A DNA stretch of 64,000 nt from Solirubrobacteraceae bacterium (GTDB taxonomy: Bacteria > Actinomycetota > Thermoleophilia > Solirubrobacterales > Solirubrobacteraceae): positions 9,309 to 73,308 of the forward strand of contig JADGPK010000009.1 of the NCBI GenBank assembly GCA_017882445.1, written 5' to 3'. Below, in pieces: positions 29,368 through 39,129 of this stretch. Position numbers and translations under genes: made by a program. Below the pieces are notes generated by a model. It ran no database searches. It had not been told where the DNA came from and worked only from the letters and a program-made list of their open reading frames with translations. How positions within the stretch are numbered: position 1 is the first letter of the stretch; each line of letters opens with the position of its first letter.

Positions 29368-29422
29368 CGTCGAAAGTGTGAACCACGACGCCAAGCTCCG
29401 TGCGCAGGTCGAGTGGTCGTTC

Positions 29423-29543
29423 GCCCTCGCACACGTGCGAGGGCTAGCGGTAGGCGCATGCGCCTACCGGAGAGCCGGGCCGCATGCGGCCCGGCGCGGG
29501 AGCGCACATGTGCGCTCCCGGCGGCTGGCGCATGCGCCAGCCG
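29423..29543. repeat. Tandem array of five 22-24 bp palindromes with CA(T/C)G centres, about 25 bp period
   Basis: Units at 29423-29444, 29448-29469, 29474-29495, 29497-29520 and 29522-29543. Four are perfect; the first has a single central mismatch. Confidence 0.9.
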
Positions 29544-29575
29544 GATCCTCACGCAGACCAGCAGCTCTCAGCAGC

Positions 29576-30652
29576 TCAGCGCAGGAACGGCGGAACGTCG
29601 ATGTCCTCGTCTGAGATCTCGAGCGACGAGCGCTGGCGCTCGCTGATCCGAGGACCCCGGTCGGGACGTCCGGTGCGGCTGTCGCGGCGCGCGGCGCGGC
29701 CGGGACGGTGGTCGAAGCCGGTGCCGATGACGGTGACCCGCACCTCATCGGACATGCTCTCGTCGATCACGGCGCCGAAGATGATGTTGGCGTTCGCGTC
29801 GGCGGCGTTCTGGATCGTCTCGGCGGCGTCGTTGACCTCGAACAGGCCCAGGTCCCTGCCGCCGGTGATGTTCAGCAGGATGCCCGTCGCGCCGTCCACC
29901 GACTCCTCCAGCAGCGGCGAGGAGATCGCAGCTTTGGCGGCTTCGGCGCAGCGGTTCTCCCCGGCGGCCGTGCCGATGCCCATGAGGGCCGAGCCGGCGT
30001 CCTGCATGATCGTGCGCACGTCCGCGAAATCGAGGTTGATCAGGCCCGGGATCGTGATCAGGTCGGTGATCCCCTGCACGCCCTGGCGCAGGACGTTGTC
30101 GGCCTCGCGGAACGCGTCGAGCATCGAGGTGCGCCGCTCGACGACCGCGAGCAGCTTCTCGTTGGGAATCACGATCAGCGTGTCGACAACCTCGCGCAGA
30201 CGCTCGATGCCCTCGGTGGCCTGGCGGCCGCGCTGGGAACCCTCGAAGTCGAACGGGCGCGTCACCACGCCCACTGTCAGCGCGCCGATCTCGTTCTTGG
30301 CGATCTCCGCGATCACCGGCGCGCCGCCGGTGCCCGTGCCGCCGCCCTCACCGGCGGTGATGAACACCATGTCAGCGCCCTTGAGCGCCTCCTTGATCTC
30401 GTCGCGCGACTCCGAGGCGGCGGACAGCCCGACGTCGGGATCGGCTCCCGCACCGAGGCCCTTCGTCGACTCGTGGCCGATGTTCAGCTTGATGTCGGCG
30501 TCGCACATCGCGAGCGCCTGGGCGTCGGTGTTGGCGGCGATGAACTCCACGCCGTGCAGTCCGGCGTCGACCATGCGGCTGACCGCGTTGGTGCCGCCGC
30601 CGCCCACGCCTACGACCTTGATGACCGCCAGATAGCTCGAGCTGCTCTCCAT
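29576..30652 (-). CDS. ftsZ: Cell division protein FtsZ
   Basis: [23 protein letters not shown]-terminal DIDVPPFLR. Confidence 0.98.
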   Translation of the reverse strand: MESSSSYLAVIKVVGVGGGGTNAVSRMVDAGLHGVEFIAANTDAQALAMCDADIKLNIGHESTKGLGAGADPDVGLSAASESRDEIKEALKGADMVFITAGEGGGTGTGGAPVIAEIAKNEIGALTVGVVTRPFDFEGSQRGRQATEGIERLREVVDTLIVIPNEKLLAVVERRTSMLDAFREADNVLRQGVQGITDLITIPGLINLDFADVRTIMQDAGSALMGIGTAAGENRCAEAAKAAISSPLLEESVDGATGILLNITGGRDLGLFEVNDAAETIQNAADANANIIFGAVIDESMSDEVRVTVIGTGFDHRPGRAARRDSRTGRPDRGPRISERQRSSLEISDEDIDVPPFLR

Positions 30653-30726
30653 GATGGTTCTGTCCGAAGCCTTCAGTAGAAATTCAGGGTTCGCAGCATA
30701 CAGATCGTCGAACCGCCGGGTTGTGC

Positions 30727-30755
30727 ACGTTATGCAGGGAACTTCGCCATGTCAA
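30727..30755 (-). promoter_or_regulatory. Sigma-A-type promoter for ftsZ
   Basis: Minus strand TTGACA (30755-30750), 17-nt spacer, TAACGT (30732-30727). Confidence 0.7.
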
Positions 30756-30862
30756 CGCGGAGTTGCAGTCTCGCAAGAATCGTTGCAGATCGCGGGAGTC
30801 TCAACCAGCGCCTGAGGATCGTTCGGATGATGGGCTCACTCTAAGGTTGAGGGTCAGGGATG

Positions 30863-32017
30863 TTATCCACCCGGGGTATTGGACCCCTGCGTGACTTCTC
30901 CGCCGGGCGTGGCGGGCGTTTGGGCGCTTTCGCCCGCCGGCGATCCCGCGCCGGCGCCCGTGGAGGATGAGCTTTCCGATGACGGCGCGGCGGCAGGTTC
31001 GGCGGGCGCTGGAGACGACGCGGCGCCGCCGGGGGAGCTCAGGCCGGCGGCCAGTGCGGCGACAGTCGATTCAGCGGCGCTCGTCTGTTCCCCCGTCGAG
31101 CCGACGCCGCCCGCGCTCGTCGGCCCGGCCCCGGCGGGGAATCCCGCCGCGGGGCGCGTCGGCAGGCGCACGTCGACATAGGAAGCGCCGGCGGAGCTGT
31201 GGTCGGCGAGCACCCGGGCGAGCGAGAACCACTTGGCGTGGGGCCGCGTGGCGTCGCCGAAGTAGGCGAGCAGGCCGTTGCGCATCGCCACCGTGATGCC
31301 GTCCGGGCCCGTGTACACCCGCGTGATCAGCTTCGCAAGCGGGGACGGGGCCGCACCGAGCACGCTCAGGTAGCCGAGCAGGTCACCGTCGCGCACACGC
31401 TGGCCGGCGCCCGGCCAGGAGTACCCGTTCACGGTGGGCAGCGCGCTGGAGAGCAGCGCCGGACCGAGCACGACTCCATCGGCCGCTACGGCCGTGCGAG
31501 CGCCTCCCACCTGCAGCGCCGCCACGGGCAGCTGCTCGACGACCTCGATGCTGAGGCCATGAGGAACGTGCGGCACCGCCCTCACTTCGCGCACCACCCG
31601 GAAGGGTGCGACGGCGGCGCGCAGCGCACCGGGGCTCACATCGAGCGTGCTCATGTGCCGCGCGGCCGCCACGAGCGCGGCGTCGATGGCCTGCGCCTCG
31701 GGACCGTGCACGCCGCTGACGCGCACGCTCTGAACCGCGACGAACGACGAGTGGCGCAGCAGGACCCACCCGCCGAAGAGAACAGGCAGGGCGATGAGGG
31801 CGCTGAGGAGCATGATCCGCGCGCGCCTTCGCTGCCACACGAAAGCCGTGGCTGCGAGGAGGGAGCCGATCAGACGCGGGACCGTCGAGAGCGGCCGCGA
31901 GCGGCCGCTCGGCGCGCGCGCGCCCACCCTGGCGCCGCCACCCCTGACGGGAGCCGCACGCCGCGACACCCCCATCCCAAACGGGCGAGCGGCGCGGGCG
32001 GCCTGGGAGCGGTCCAT
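30863..32017 (-). CDS. ftsQ: Cell division protein FtsQ/DivIB
   Basis: Basic N-tail, one TM helix, POTRA-like VRVSG...IEVVEQLPVA, YVDVRLP; position between murB and ftsZ. Confidence 0.8.
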   Translation of the reverse strand: MDRSQAARAARPFGMGVSRRAAPVRGGGARVGARAPSGRSRPLSTVPRLIGSLLAATAFVWQRRRARIMLLSALIALPVLFGGWVLLRHSSFVAVQSVRVSGVHGPEAQAIDAALVAAARHMSTLDVSPGALRAAVAPFRVVREVRAVPHVPHGLSIEVVEQLPVAALQVGGARTAVAADGVVLGPALLSSALPTVNGYSWPGAGQRVRDGDLLGYLSVLGAAPSPLAKLITRVYTGPDGITVAMRNGLLAYFGDATRPHAKWFSLARVLADHSSAGASYVDVRLPTRPAAGFPAGAGPTSAGGVGSTGEQTSAAESTVAALAAGLSSPGGAASSPAPAEPAAAPSSESSSSTGAGAGSPAGESAQTPATPGGEVTQGSNTPGG

Positions 32018-32049
32018 TCAGATGGTGTTCGACCTCTCGCCGCCAACCC

Positions 32050-32970
<921 letters not shown>

Positions 32971-33010
32971 GTGTGCCACCGGTCCGGCTCGGACGTGCGT
33001 GCGATCGTGC

Positions 33011-34348
33011 TCATCGCGCCACCAGGCTGCGTCCCAGGGCGTCTACGTCGCCGGCGCCCATCACGACGCAAACGTCGCCCTCGCCGAGCATGCCGGTGAG
33101 GACGGGCGCGGCGTCGGCGAATGTGGGCAGCCAGTACACCGGCCTGCCGCCCGCCGCCTGCGCGGCGGCTTCGGCGATCAACAGGCCGCTGACGCCCGGG
33201 TGATCCTCGGCGCGCTCCCGCGCCGGGTAGACGTCCAGCACCACGATCACGTCCGCCTGGGTCAGCGCGACGCCGAACTCGCGCGCGAGCGAAGCGGTCC
33301 GCGAATACAGATGCGGCTGCAAGACGGCGAGCAGGCGCCGGTGACGCAGCGTGCGAGCCCCGGCCAGGGTGGCCGCGACCTCGCTCGGATGGTGGGCGTA
33401 GTCGTCATACACGCAGGCGCCGCTCACGCTCGCGCCGAGCAGCTGAAAGCGCCGGCCGGCGCCGCGAAAGCCCGCCAGCCCCGCGATCGCGAGCTCCGCG
33501 TCCGCCCCGGCGAGCCGCGCGGCCTCGAGCGCACCGGCGGCGTTGACGGCGTTGTGCACGCCGGGGACCGCCAGCGTCACGTCTCTCTCCTGCCAGCGAA
33601 AGCGCGAGCCGCCGTCGGTGAGCGTCGGCTGGCGCGCGTCGTATGCGACGAGCGCCCCGTCGCGCAGCTCGAGCAGCTCGGGACGGTCCCAGACGACCGC
33701 CCAGCGCGGCCCGGTCAGGAACGCGCGGAAGGCCTCCCGCAGCTCGGCCAGCGACGCGTAGGTCGCGTGGTGGTCCAGCTCGACGTTCGTGAGCACCGCG
33801 ATCTCCACGCTCAGGCTGAGCATCGAGCGGTCCGACTCGTCAGCCTCCACGATGAGCCAATCCCCCTGTCCCCACTCGGCGTTGGCGAGCTCGCCTCCGA
33901 CCGAGCCGCCGACGAGCCAGCCCGGCTGCAGCCCGGCGCCACGGAGGGCGTGCACGAGCATCGAAGCAGTGGTCGTCTTGCCGTGGGTGCCCGCCACAGC
34001 GATCGTCCGCTTCAGCGCGGAGAGCTCGGCGAGCAGTTCAGCGCGAGAGCGCTCGGGGATTCCTCGCTCGCGCGCCGAGCGCCGCTCGACGTTGGTGTCG
34101 GGGACGGCGGAGGAGAAGAACAGCTCCACGCCGTCGCCCGCGGGCACGTTCTCCGCGCGATGCCCGACCTGCGCCGCAAGGACGCCGTCGGCGAGCAGGC
34201 GCGCGAGATAGGGGCTGCTCGCCCCGTCCGAGCCGCTGACCTCGGCGCCGAGCGCGTGCGCGGCGCGCGCGTAGGCGCTCATCCCGGCTCCACCGACGCC
34301 GACGAAATGCAGCCGCCGCCCGCTCCATGGCCCGCTCCGTCGGCTCAC
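33011..34348 (-). CDS. murC: UDP-N-acetylmuramate--L-alanine ligase
   Basis: HFVGVGGAGMS, AGTHGKTTT, EADESD, DDYAHHPSE, QPHLYSRT, MGAGD. Confidence 0.95.
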   Translation of the reverse strand: MSRRSGPWSGRRLHFVGVGGAGMSAYARAAHALGAEVSGSDGASSPYLARLLADGVLAAQVGHRAENVPAGDGVELFFSSAVPDTNVERRSARERGIPERSRAELLAELSALKRTIAVAGTHGKTTTASMLVHALRGAGLQPGWLVGGSVGGELANAEWGQGDWLIVEADESDRSMLSLSVEIAVLTNVELDHHATYASLAELREAFRAFLTGPRWAVVWDRPELLELRDGALVAYDARQPTLTDGGSRFRWQERDVTLAVPGVHNAVNAAGALEAARLAGADAELAIAGLAGFRGAGRRFQLLGASVSGACVYDDYAHHPSEVAATLAGARTLRHRRLLAVLQPHLYSRTASLAREFGVALTQADVIVVLDVYPARERAEDHPGVSGLLIAEAAAQAAGGRPVYWLPTFADAAPVLTGMLGEGDVCVVMGAGDVDALGRSLVAR

Positions 34349-35415
34349 CGCGCGGCCGCCCGGAGCAGCTCGCCGGCCACCTCACGCGCCGCGTCGGGGC
34401 GGGCGAGCCTCGCGGCGGCGGATGCCATCGCGGCCAGGCGAGCGCCGTCGGCGAGCAGCTCGGCGACCTCGACGCCGAGCCGGGGACCGCTCAGCTCCCG
34501 GTCGGGAATGCTGATCGCCGCACCCGCCTCGGACATCCAGCGGGCGTTGGCGCTCTGATGGTCACCGGCCGCGTGCGGGTAGGGCACGAGGATCGCGGGC
34601 ACGCCGTGGGCGGCGATCTCGAACACCGACCCACCCGCTCGCGCCACCACCAGATCGGCGGCCGCGAGTGCGTCGGCGAAGTCCGCCAGGTCGAGGTACT
34701 CGCGCAGGTCATAGCCGTGGCCGCGCCCGCGCGCGGCCAGCTCGGCGTAGTCGCGCCGGCCGCAGACGTGCAGCACGTGGAAGGGCGCCCCTGCGAACGC
34801 CTCCACGGCCGCCAGGTTGATGGAGCGCGCCCCGAGCGAGCCGCCGAAGATCAGCACGCAGGCCTCCTCGGGCGCCACGTCCATGCGCCGGCGCGCCGCG
34901 AGGCGGTCGCGCTGGGGCGGCGGTATCGGTCGTCCGGTCACGCGATAGCGACCGCCGTCGCGACCCGCGAGGGGAAAGGCCAGGCACACGCTGCGCGCGA
35001 ACGGGGCGAGCATGCGGTTGGTCAGTCCCAGGTGACTGTCGGCCTCCGTGAGGATGAGCGGAATACGCAGGCTGAGCGCGGCCATGCCGACCGGTCCGGC
35101 GACGTATCCGCCACCGCCCATGACCGCGTCCGGAGCGAGCTTCGCGAGCAGCGAGCGGGCACGCGGGAGCGCCGCCGCCGCGAGCGTGAGAGCGCGCACG
35201 GCGCGCAGCGGGTTCGAGCGGTGCAGGCCCTCGACGGAGATCGTGTGCAGCGGGAACCCGGCTGCTGGAACGAGCTGAGCCTCGGCGCGTCCACCGCCGA
35301 TGAACGCTACCTCGGCGCCCTCAGCCCGCAGCGCTTCCGCGACCGCGAGCGCCGGCACCACGTGCCCGGCGGTCCCGCCTGCGGCGATCACGATCCTCCT
35401 CGACGCTGCGCTCAC
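34345..35415 (-). CDS. murG: Lipid II GlcNAc transferase
   Basis: AGGTAGHVVPA, GGYVAGP, FGGSLGA, ARAGGS, DHQSANA. Confidence 0.95.
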   Translation of the reverse strand: MSAASRRIVIAAGGTAGHVVPALAVAEALRAEGAEVAFIGGGRAEAQLVPAAGFPLHTISVEGLHRSNPLRAVRALTLAAAALPRARSLLAKLAPDAVMGGGGYVAGPVGMAALSLRIPLILTEADSHLGLTNRMLAPFARSVCLAFPLAGRDGGRYRVTGRPIPPPQRDRLAARRRMDVAPEEACVLIFGGSLGARSINLAAVEAFAGAPFHVLHVCGRRDYAELAARGRGHGYDLREYLDLADFADALAAADLVVARAGGSVFEIAAHGVPAILVPYPHAAGDHQSANARWMSEAGAAISIPDRELSGPRLGVEVAELLADGARLAAMASAAARLARPDAAREVAGELLRAAAR

Positions 35416-36676
35416 CGGCCAATCGTGCCGATTCGCGCGCCCGAGCGTCGCCCGAGCGTCCGCGCGCCGGCGTCACCGCGCGCACGTGCCCGGTCGCACC
35501 GGAGGAGACGTTGAGCAAGAGGCCCATCGCGGCCAGCATCGTGATCAGGCTGCTGGAGCCATAGGAGACGAACGGGAGCGGGACGCCGGTCAGCGGCGCG
35601 AGCCCGAGCACGGCGAACGCGTTGAGGATCGCCTCCGAGACGATCAGCGTCGTGACGCCGACGGCGATCAGGGCGCTGTAGAGGCTGCGCGCCGCCTTGG
35701 CCGCCCGCAGCCCCGCGTATGCGATCAGCCCGTAGAGGAACAACAGCGCGAACACCCCGACGACCCCGAGCTCCTCCGCGATCACCGCCAGGATGAAGTC
35801 GGTGCGCGCCTCCGGCAGGTAGAAGATCTTCTGGACCGATTGACCCGGACCGACTCCGAACAGCCCCCCGGAGCCGATCGCTATCTGCCCCTGGACGGCT
35901 TGGAACCCGCTGGATGAGGCGTGCGCCCAGGGATCGATGAACGAGGTGAGCCGCGCCCGCGCATAGGGGCGGATCAGCGCATAGAGGAGCACCAGCGCCA
36001 GTGCCGAGCCGCCCATGAGCGCGAGCTTGCCCATCGGGATCCCGCAGGCGATCAGCATGGCGCTGACGGTGAACGCGATCACCATCGCGGTGCCGAGGTC
36101 CGGCTGCGTCACCACCAGCAGGCAGGCCGCGCCCACGACCGCCAGCAGCGGCTTGGCCAGCTCGCGCAGATCGTGCACACGCTGCGGCCTTCTGGCCAGA
36201 AGGCTCGCGGAATAGAGCACGAGAGCGAGCTTCATGAGCTCGGAGGGCTGGAACTGGAGCTGCCCCGGACCGATCCAGCGGCGCGCGCCGTTGATGCTCA
36301 CGCCCACATGCGGAATGTGCACGGCGATCACGAGCGCGAAGGAGACGAACAGCAGCGGCGCGGTGATGCTCTGCACTTTCGCGACACCGTCGCGCGCCAG
36401 CACGCGCATCGCGATCAGCCCTACGCTCCCGTAGAGCACGAACTTGATCAGGTAGCCGCTGCCGTAACCGTGCCCCTGCAGCAGCGTGGTCGCCGACGAG
36501 GCGCTGTAGACCATCACGGCGCCGAAGGCGAGCAGACACATCGTGGCGGTGAGCAGGATGCGCTGCTCGAGCGGCTGGCGTCCAGGGGCGGCGTTCCTCC
36601 CCTGGCCACGCTCGTGGTCGCTCCGCGATTGACGAGAAGCCCCGGCTCGGGCTCGCCGTGCGGCGGCTGCTGGCAT
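35321..36676 (-). CDS. ftsW: SEDS peptidoglycan polymerase FtsW
   Basis: MVYSAS, GARRWI, FQPSELMK, QPDLGT, LPEARTDFI, LPFVSYG; its C-terminal tail overlaps the murG start. Confidence 0.93.
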   Translation of the reverse strand: MPAAAARRARAGASRQSRSDHERGQGRNAAPGRQPLEQRILLTATMCLLAFGAVMVYSASSATTLLQGHGYGSGYLIKFVLYGSVGLIAMRVLARDGVAKVQSITAPLLFVSFALVIAVHIPHVGVSINGARRWIGPGQLQFQPSELMKLALVLYSASLLARRPQRVHDLRELAKPLLAVVGAACLLVVTQPDLGTAMVIAFTVSAMLIACGIPMGKLALMGGSALALVLLYALIRPYARARLTSFIDPWAHASSSGFQAVQGQIAIGSGGLFGVGPGQSVQKIFYLPEARTDFILAVIAEELGVVGVFALLFLYGLIAYAGLRAAKAARSLYSALIAVGVTTLIVSEAILNAFAVLGLAPLTGVPLPFVSYGSSSLITMLAAMGLLLNVSSGATGHVRAVTPARGRSGDARARESARLAGERSVEEDRDRRRRDRRARGAGARGRGSAAG

Positions 36677-36729
36677 CCCTCTTCACTTCGACGCCAAACG
36701 CCTGAAGCCTCCCGGCTCGCCGGCCGCGA

Positions 36730-37698
36730 TCAGACGCCCCTGCTCTGACGGTAGATCGTGAATCCGATCGCGCTGCAGATCGAGGCCACGATCCAGAAGC
36801 GCAGGATGATCTTGGTCTCAGACCAGGCCTTCAGCTCGAAATGGTGGTGGATGGGCGCCATCAGGAAGACCCGCTTGCGCGTCATCTGGAAGGAGATGAC
36901 CTGGATCACGACCGACAGCGCCTCGATCACGAAGATCCCGCCCAGCAGGATCAGCAGCACCTCGGTCTTGGTCATCACGGCGAGACCGGCGATCGCCCCA
37001 CCGAGCCCGAGCGAGCCCGTGTCTCCCATGAAGACCGTCGCGGGGAAGGCGTTGAACCACAGGAAGCCCACGCACGCGCCCACCAGGCAGCCCGCGAGCA
37101 CCGCCAGGTCGAAGTTGCCGGATATGAACGTGATGCCGACGTAGGCGAGCAGCACGATCGCGACGCAGCCCGCGGCGAGACCGTCGAGGCCGTCGGTGAG
37201 GTTGACGGCGCTCGTCGTGCCCGCCACGACGAAGTAGATCAGCAGCGGGTAGAACGGGCCGAGGTCGATGTGGTAGTCGACGAAGCGGAGCCACAGCGTC
37301 GGCGGCAGATGGGCCTCGTGCGTCGCGATGAACCACAGCGCCAGGGAGATCGCGATCGTCACCCCCAGCTTGGTGCGGGCACGCAGCCCGAGCGACCGGC
37401 GCCTGACCAGCTTGACGTAGTCGTCGGCGAAGCCGAGCAGCGCGCAGGCGATCGCCACGCCGAACACGCCCACGGAGCGCCATTCGTAACTGGTGAGGAT
37501 CAGGAAGGAAACCGCGACCGCGAGGAAGATGATCACGCCGCCCATCGTTGGCGTGCCCGCCTTCAGGTGGTGCCCCTCCGGGCCGTCCTCGCGAATGTGC
37601 TGGCCGAACTCGCGCTTGCGCAGGAACTCGATGAACTTGGGGCTGAGGAAGATGCAGATCAGCAGCGCGGCGGTGCCCCCGAACATGATTCGGCCCAT
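36730..37698 (-). CDS. mraY: Phospho-N-acetylmuramoyl-pentapeptide transferase
   Basis: KAGTPTMGG, ADDYVK, NLTDGLDGL, FMGDTGS, MAPIHHHFE. Confidence 0.97.
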   Translation of the reverse strand: MGRIMFGGTAALLICIFLSPKFIEFLRKREFGQHIREDGPEGHHLKAGTPTMGGVIIFLAVAVSFLILTSYEWRSVGVFGVAIACALLGFADDYVKLVRRRSLGLRARTKLGVTIAISLALWFIATHEAHLPPTLWLRFVDYHIDLGPFYPLLIYFVVAGTTSAVNLTDGLDGLAAGCVAIVLLAYVGITFISGNFDLAVLAGCLVGACVGFLWFNAFPATVFMGDTGSLGLGGAIAGLAVMTKTEVLLILLGGIFVIEALSVVIQVISFQMTRKRVFLMAPIHHHFELKAWSETKIILRFWIVASICSAIGFTIYRQSRGV

Positions 37699-39129
37699 TC
37701 AGCGCCGCCCCGTGCCGGCGCCGGGAGCGAGGACGGACGCGCCGCGAGCGGACTCGCGCGTGGTGGCTCTCGGCCCGGCAAGCGCCGCGACCACGCGCTC
37801 GAGGCCGACGCCGCGCGAGCCCTTGACGAGCACGGTGTCACCGGCATGCAGCAGCCTCGCCAGCAGCTCGGCGGCCACCGGCGCGTCCGCCACCGAATGG
37901 ACCTCGCCCGCGAACCCCCTCGACATCACTCCCGCCAGCGAACCGACGGTGATGAGCAGCCCGACCCCGCTGTCTGAGGCGTGCTCGCCGATCTCGCGAT
38001 GCAGCCGCGGCGAATCGGCCCCGAGCTCGAGCATGTCGCCGAGCACCGCCACGCGACGCCCGGGGGCCGTGTCGGCCAGGTCGTCGATCGCGGCGCGCAT
38101 GGACATGGGGTTCGCGTTGTAGCAGTCGTCGATCAGCACGACCCCGTCGGGCAGCACGAGCCGCTGGCCGCGCATGTTCGAGAAGCGCACCTCGACGCGT
38201 CCCTCCGGCGTGTGTCCGAGAGCGCGTGCCGCCGCCACGGCGGCGAGCAGGTTGCGCAGGTTGTGGGCCTGTTCGAAGGAAGGCCGCAGCACCATGTCCT
38301 GACCGCGGTCGCGGATGAGAACCGTCCCGTTCCCGCGCCGCTCGATGAGCGAGACGTCCGCATCGTCCCCGAACGTGGTGACGTCGACGTCCGCGCGCAG
38401 GTGAGCGGCCAGCAGCGGCTCGCGCACCGGAACGACCACGCTCGTCCCCCGCGCCAGCCCCGCGATCAGCTCCGCCTTCGCGGCCGCGATCGCCTCCAGC
38501 GAGCCGAGCTGCTCGAGGTGCGCGGGGCCGACGTTCACGATCACCGCGACGTCGGGGTCGGCGATGGCGGTGAGCTCGGCGATCTGTCCACTGCCGCGCA
38601 TCGCCATCTCGAGCACCAGCGCCTCGACGTCGCCCGGCGCGGCGAGGATGGCCAGGGGCATGCCTATCTCGGTGTTGAAGTTCTCGGGGCTGGCAGTCAC
38701 ACGCATGCGGGCGGCCAGGAGGGCAGCGAGGATGTCCTTGGTCGAGGTCTTCCCGGCGGAGCCGGTGATCGCCACCACCCTCGCCCCGCGAGCGCGCAGC
38801 TCGACCCGCCACCGCCGCGCGAGCGCCTGTATGCCGGCCAGGGGATCTTCATGCGCGAGCACCGCGCCCTGAGTGTCGGCCTCGAGCGCCGCCTGCGCGT
38901 GCTCGGGCGCCACGAGCACGCCCCACGCCCCGGCCCGCAGCGCCTGGACCGCGTGGATGCCGCCGTCGAGCCGCTCGCCGCGGAGACCCACGAACAGCTC
39001 GCCTCCCGCGAGCCGGCGCGAGTCGATGGCGGCGCTCCCGGGTCCCGGGTCGCTCGCGGCGCGCGAGGGCTCCGCCACGAGGACAGCCCCTGCGGCGCGA
39101 GCGATGCGGGCGGCGTCCCAGTCCCTCAT
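37699..39129 (-). CDS. murF: UDP-MurNAc-tripeptide--D-Ala-D-Ala ligase
   Basis: IDSR, ITGSAGKTSTK, NFNTEIG, DCYNANP, LGDMLELG, VKGSRG. Confidence 0.95.
   Translation of the reverse strand: MRDWDAARIARAAGAVLVAEPSRAASDPGPGSAAIDSRRLAGGELFVGLRGERLDGGIHAVQALRAGAWGVLVAPEHAQAALEADTQGAVLAHEDPLAGIQALARRWRVELRARGARVVAITGSAGKTSTKDILAALLAARMRVTASPENFNTEIGMPLAILAAPGDVEALVLEMAMRGSGQIAELTAIADPDVAVIVNVGPAHLEQLGSLEAIAAAKAELIAGLARGTSVVVPVREPLLAAHLRADVDVTTFGDDADVSLIERRGNGTVLIRDRGQDMVLRPSFEQAHNLRNLLAAVAAARALGHTPEGRVEVRFSNMRGQRLVLPDGVVLIDDCYNANPMSMRAAIDDLADTAPGRRVAVLGDMLELGADSPRLHREIGEHASDSGVGLLITVGSLAGVMSRGFAGEVHSVADAPVAAELLARLLHAGDTVLVKGSRGVGLERVVAALAGPRATTRESARGASVLAPGAGTGRR

Noticed and set aside
28147..29394. 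Extended gcvT N-terminus through the palindrome (ORF track start 29394)
   Set aside because: Homology starts at RTPLF, and a -10 element sits 7 nt before ATG 29253.
29423..29543. CRISPR array
   Set aside because: No identical direct repeats, no spacers and no cas genes in the window.
29254..29575. Glycine riboswitch upstream of gcvT
   Set aside because: GGAGAG and CTCTCAG-like words occur only on the plus strand (wrong orientation), the CCGAAG core is missing, and gcvT appears leaderless.
30653..30862. Absence of ftsA between ftsQ and ftsZ
   Set aside because: Expected for Actinomycetota, which lack FtsA; not unusual.
30863..30871. DnaA box (ttatccacc) near ftsQ/ftsZ
   Set aside because: Single one-mismatch copy overlapping the ftsQ stop codon; no cluster or AT-rich unwinding element.
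35321..35415. ftsW/murG 95-nt overlap as a frameshift or pseudogene
   Set aside because: Both proteins have all conserved motifs; the overlap is only a low-complexity C-terminal tail.
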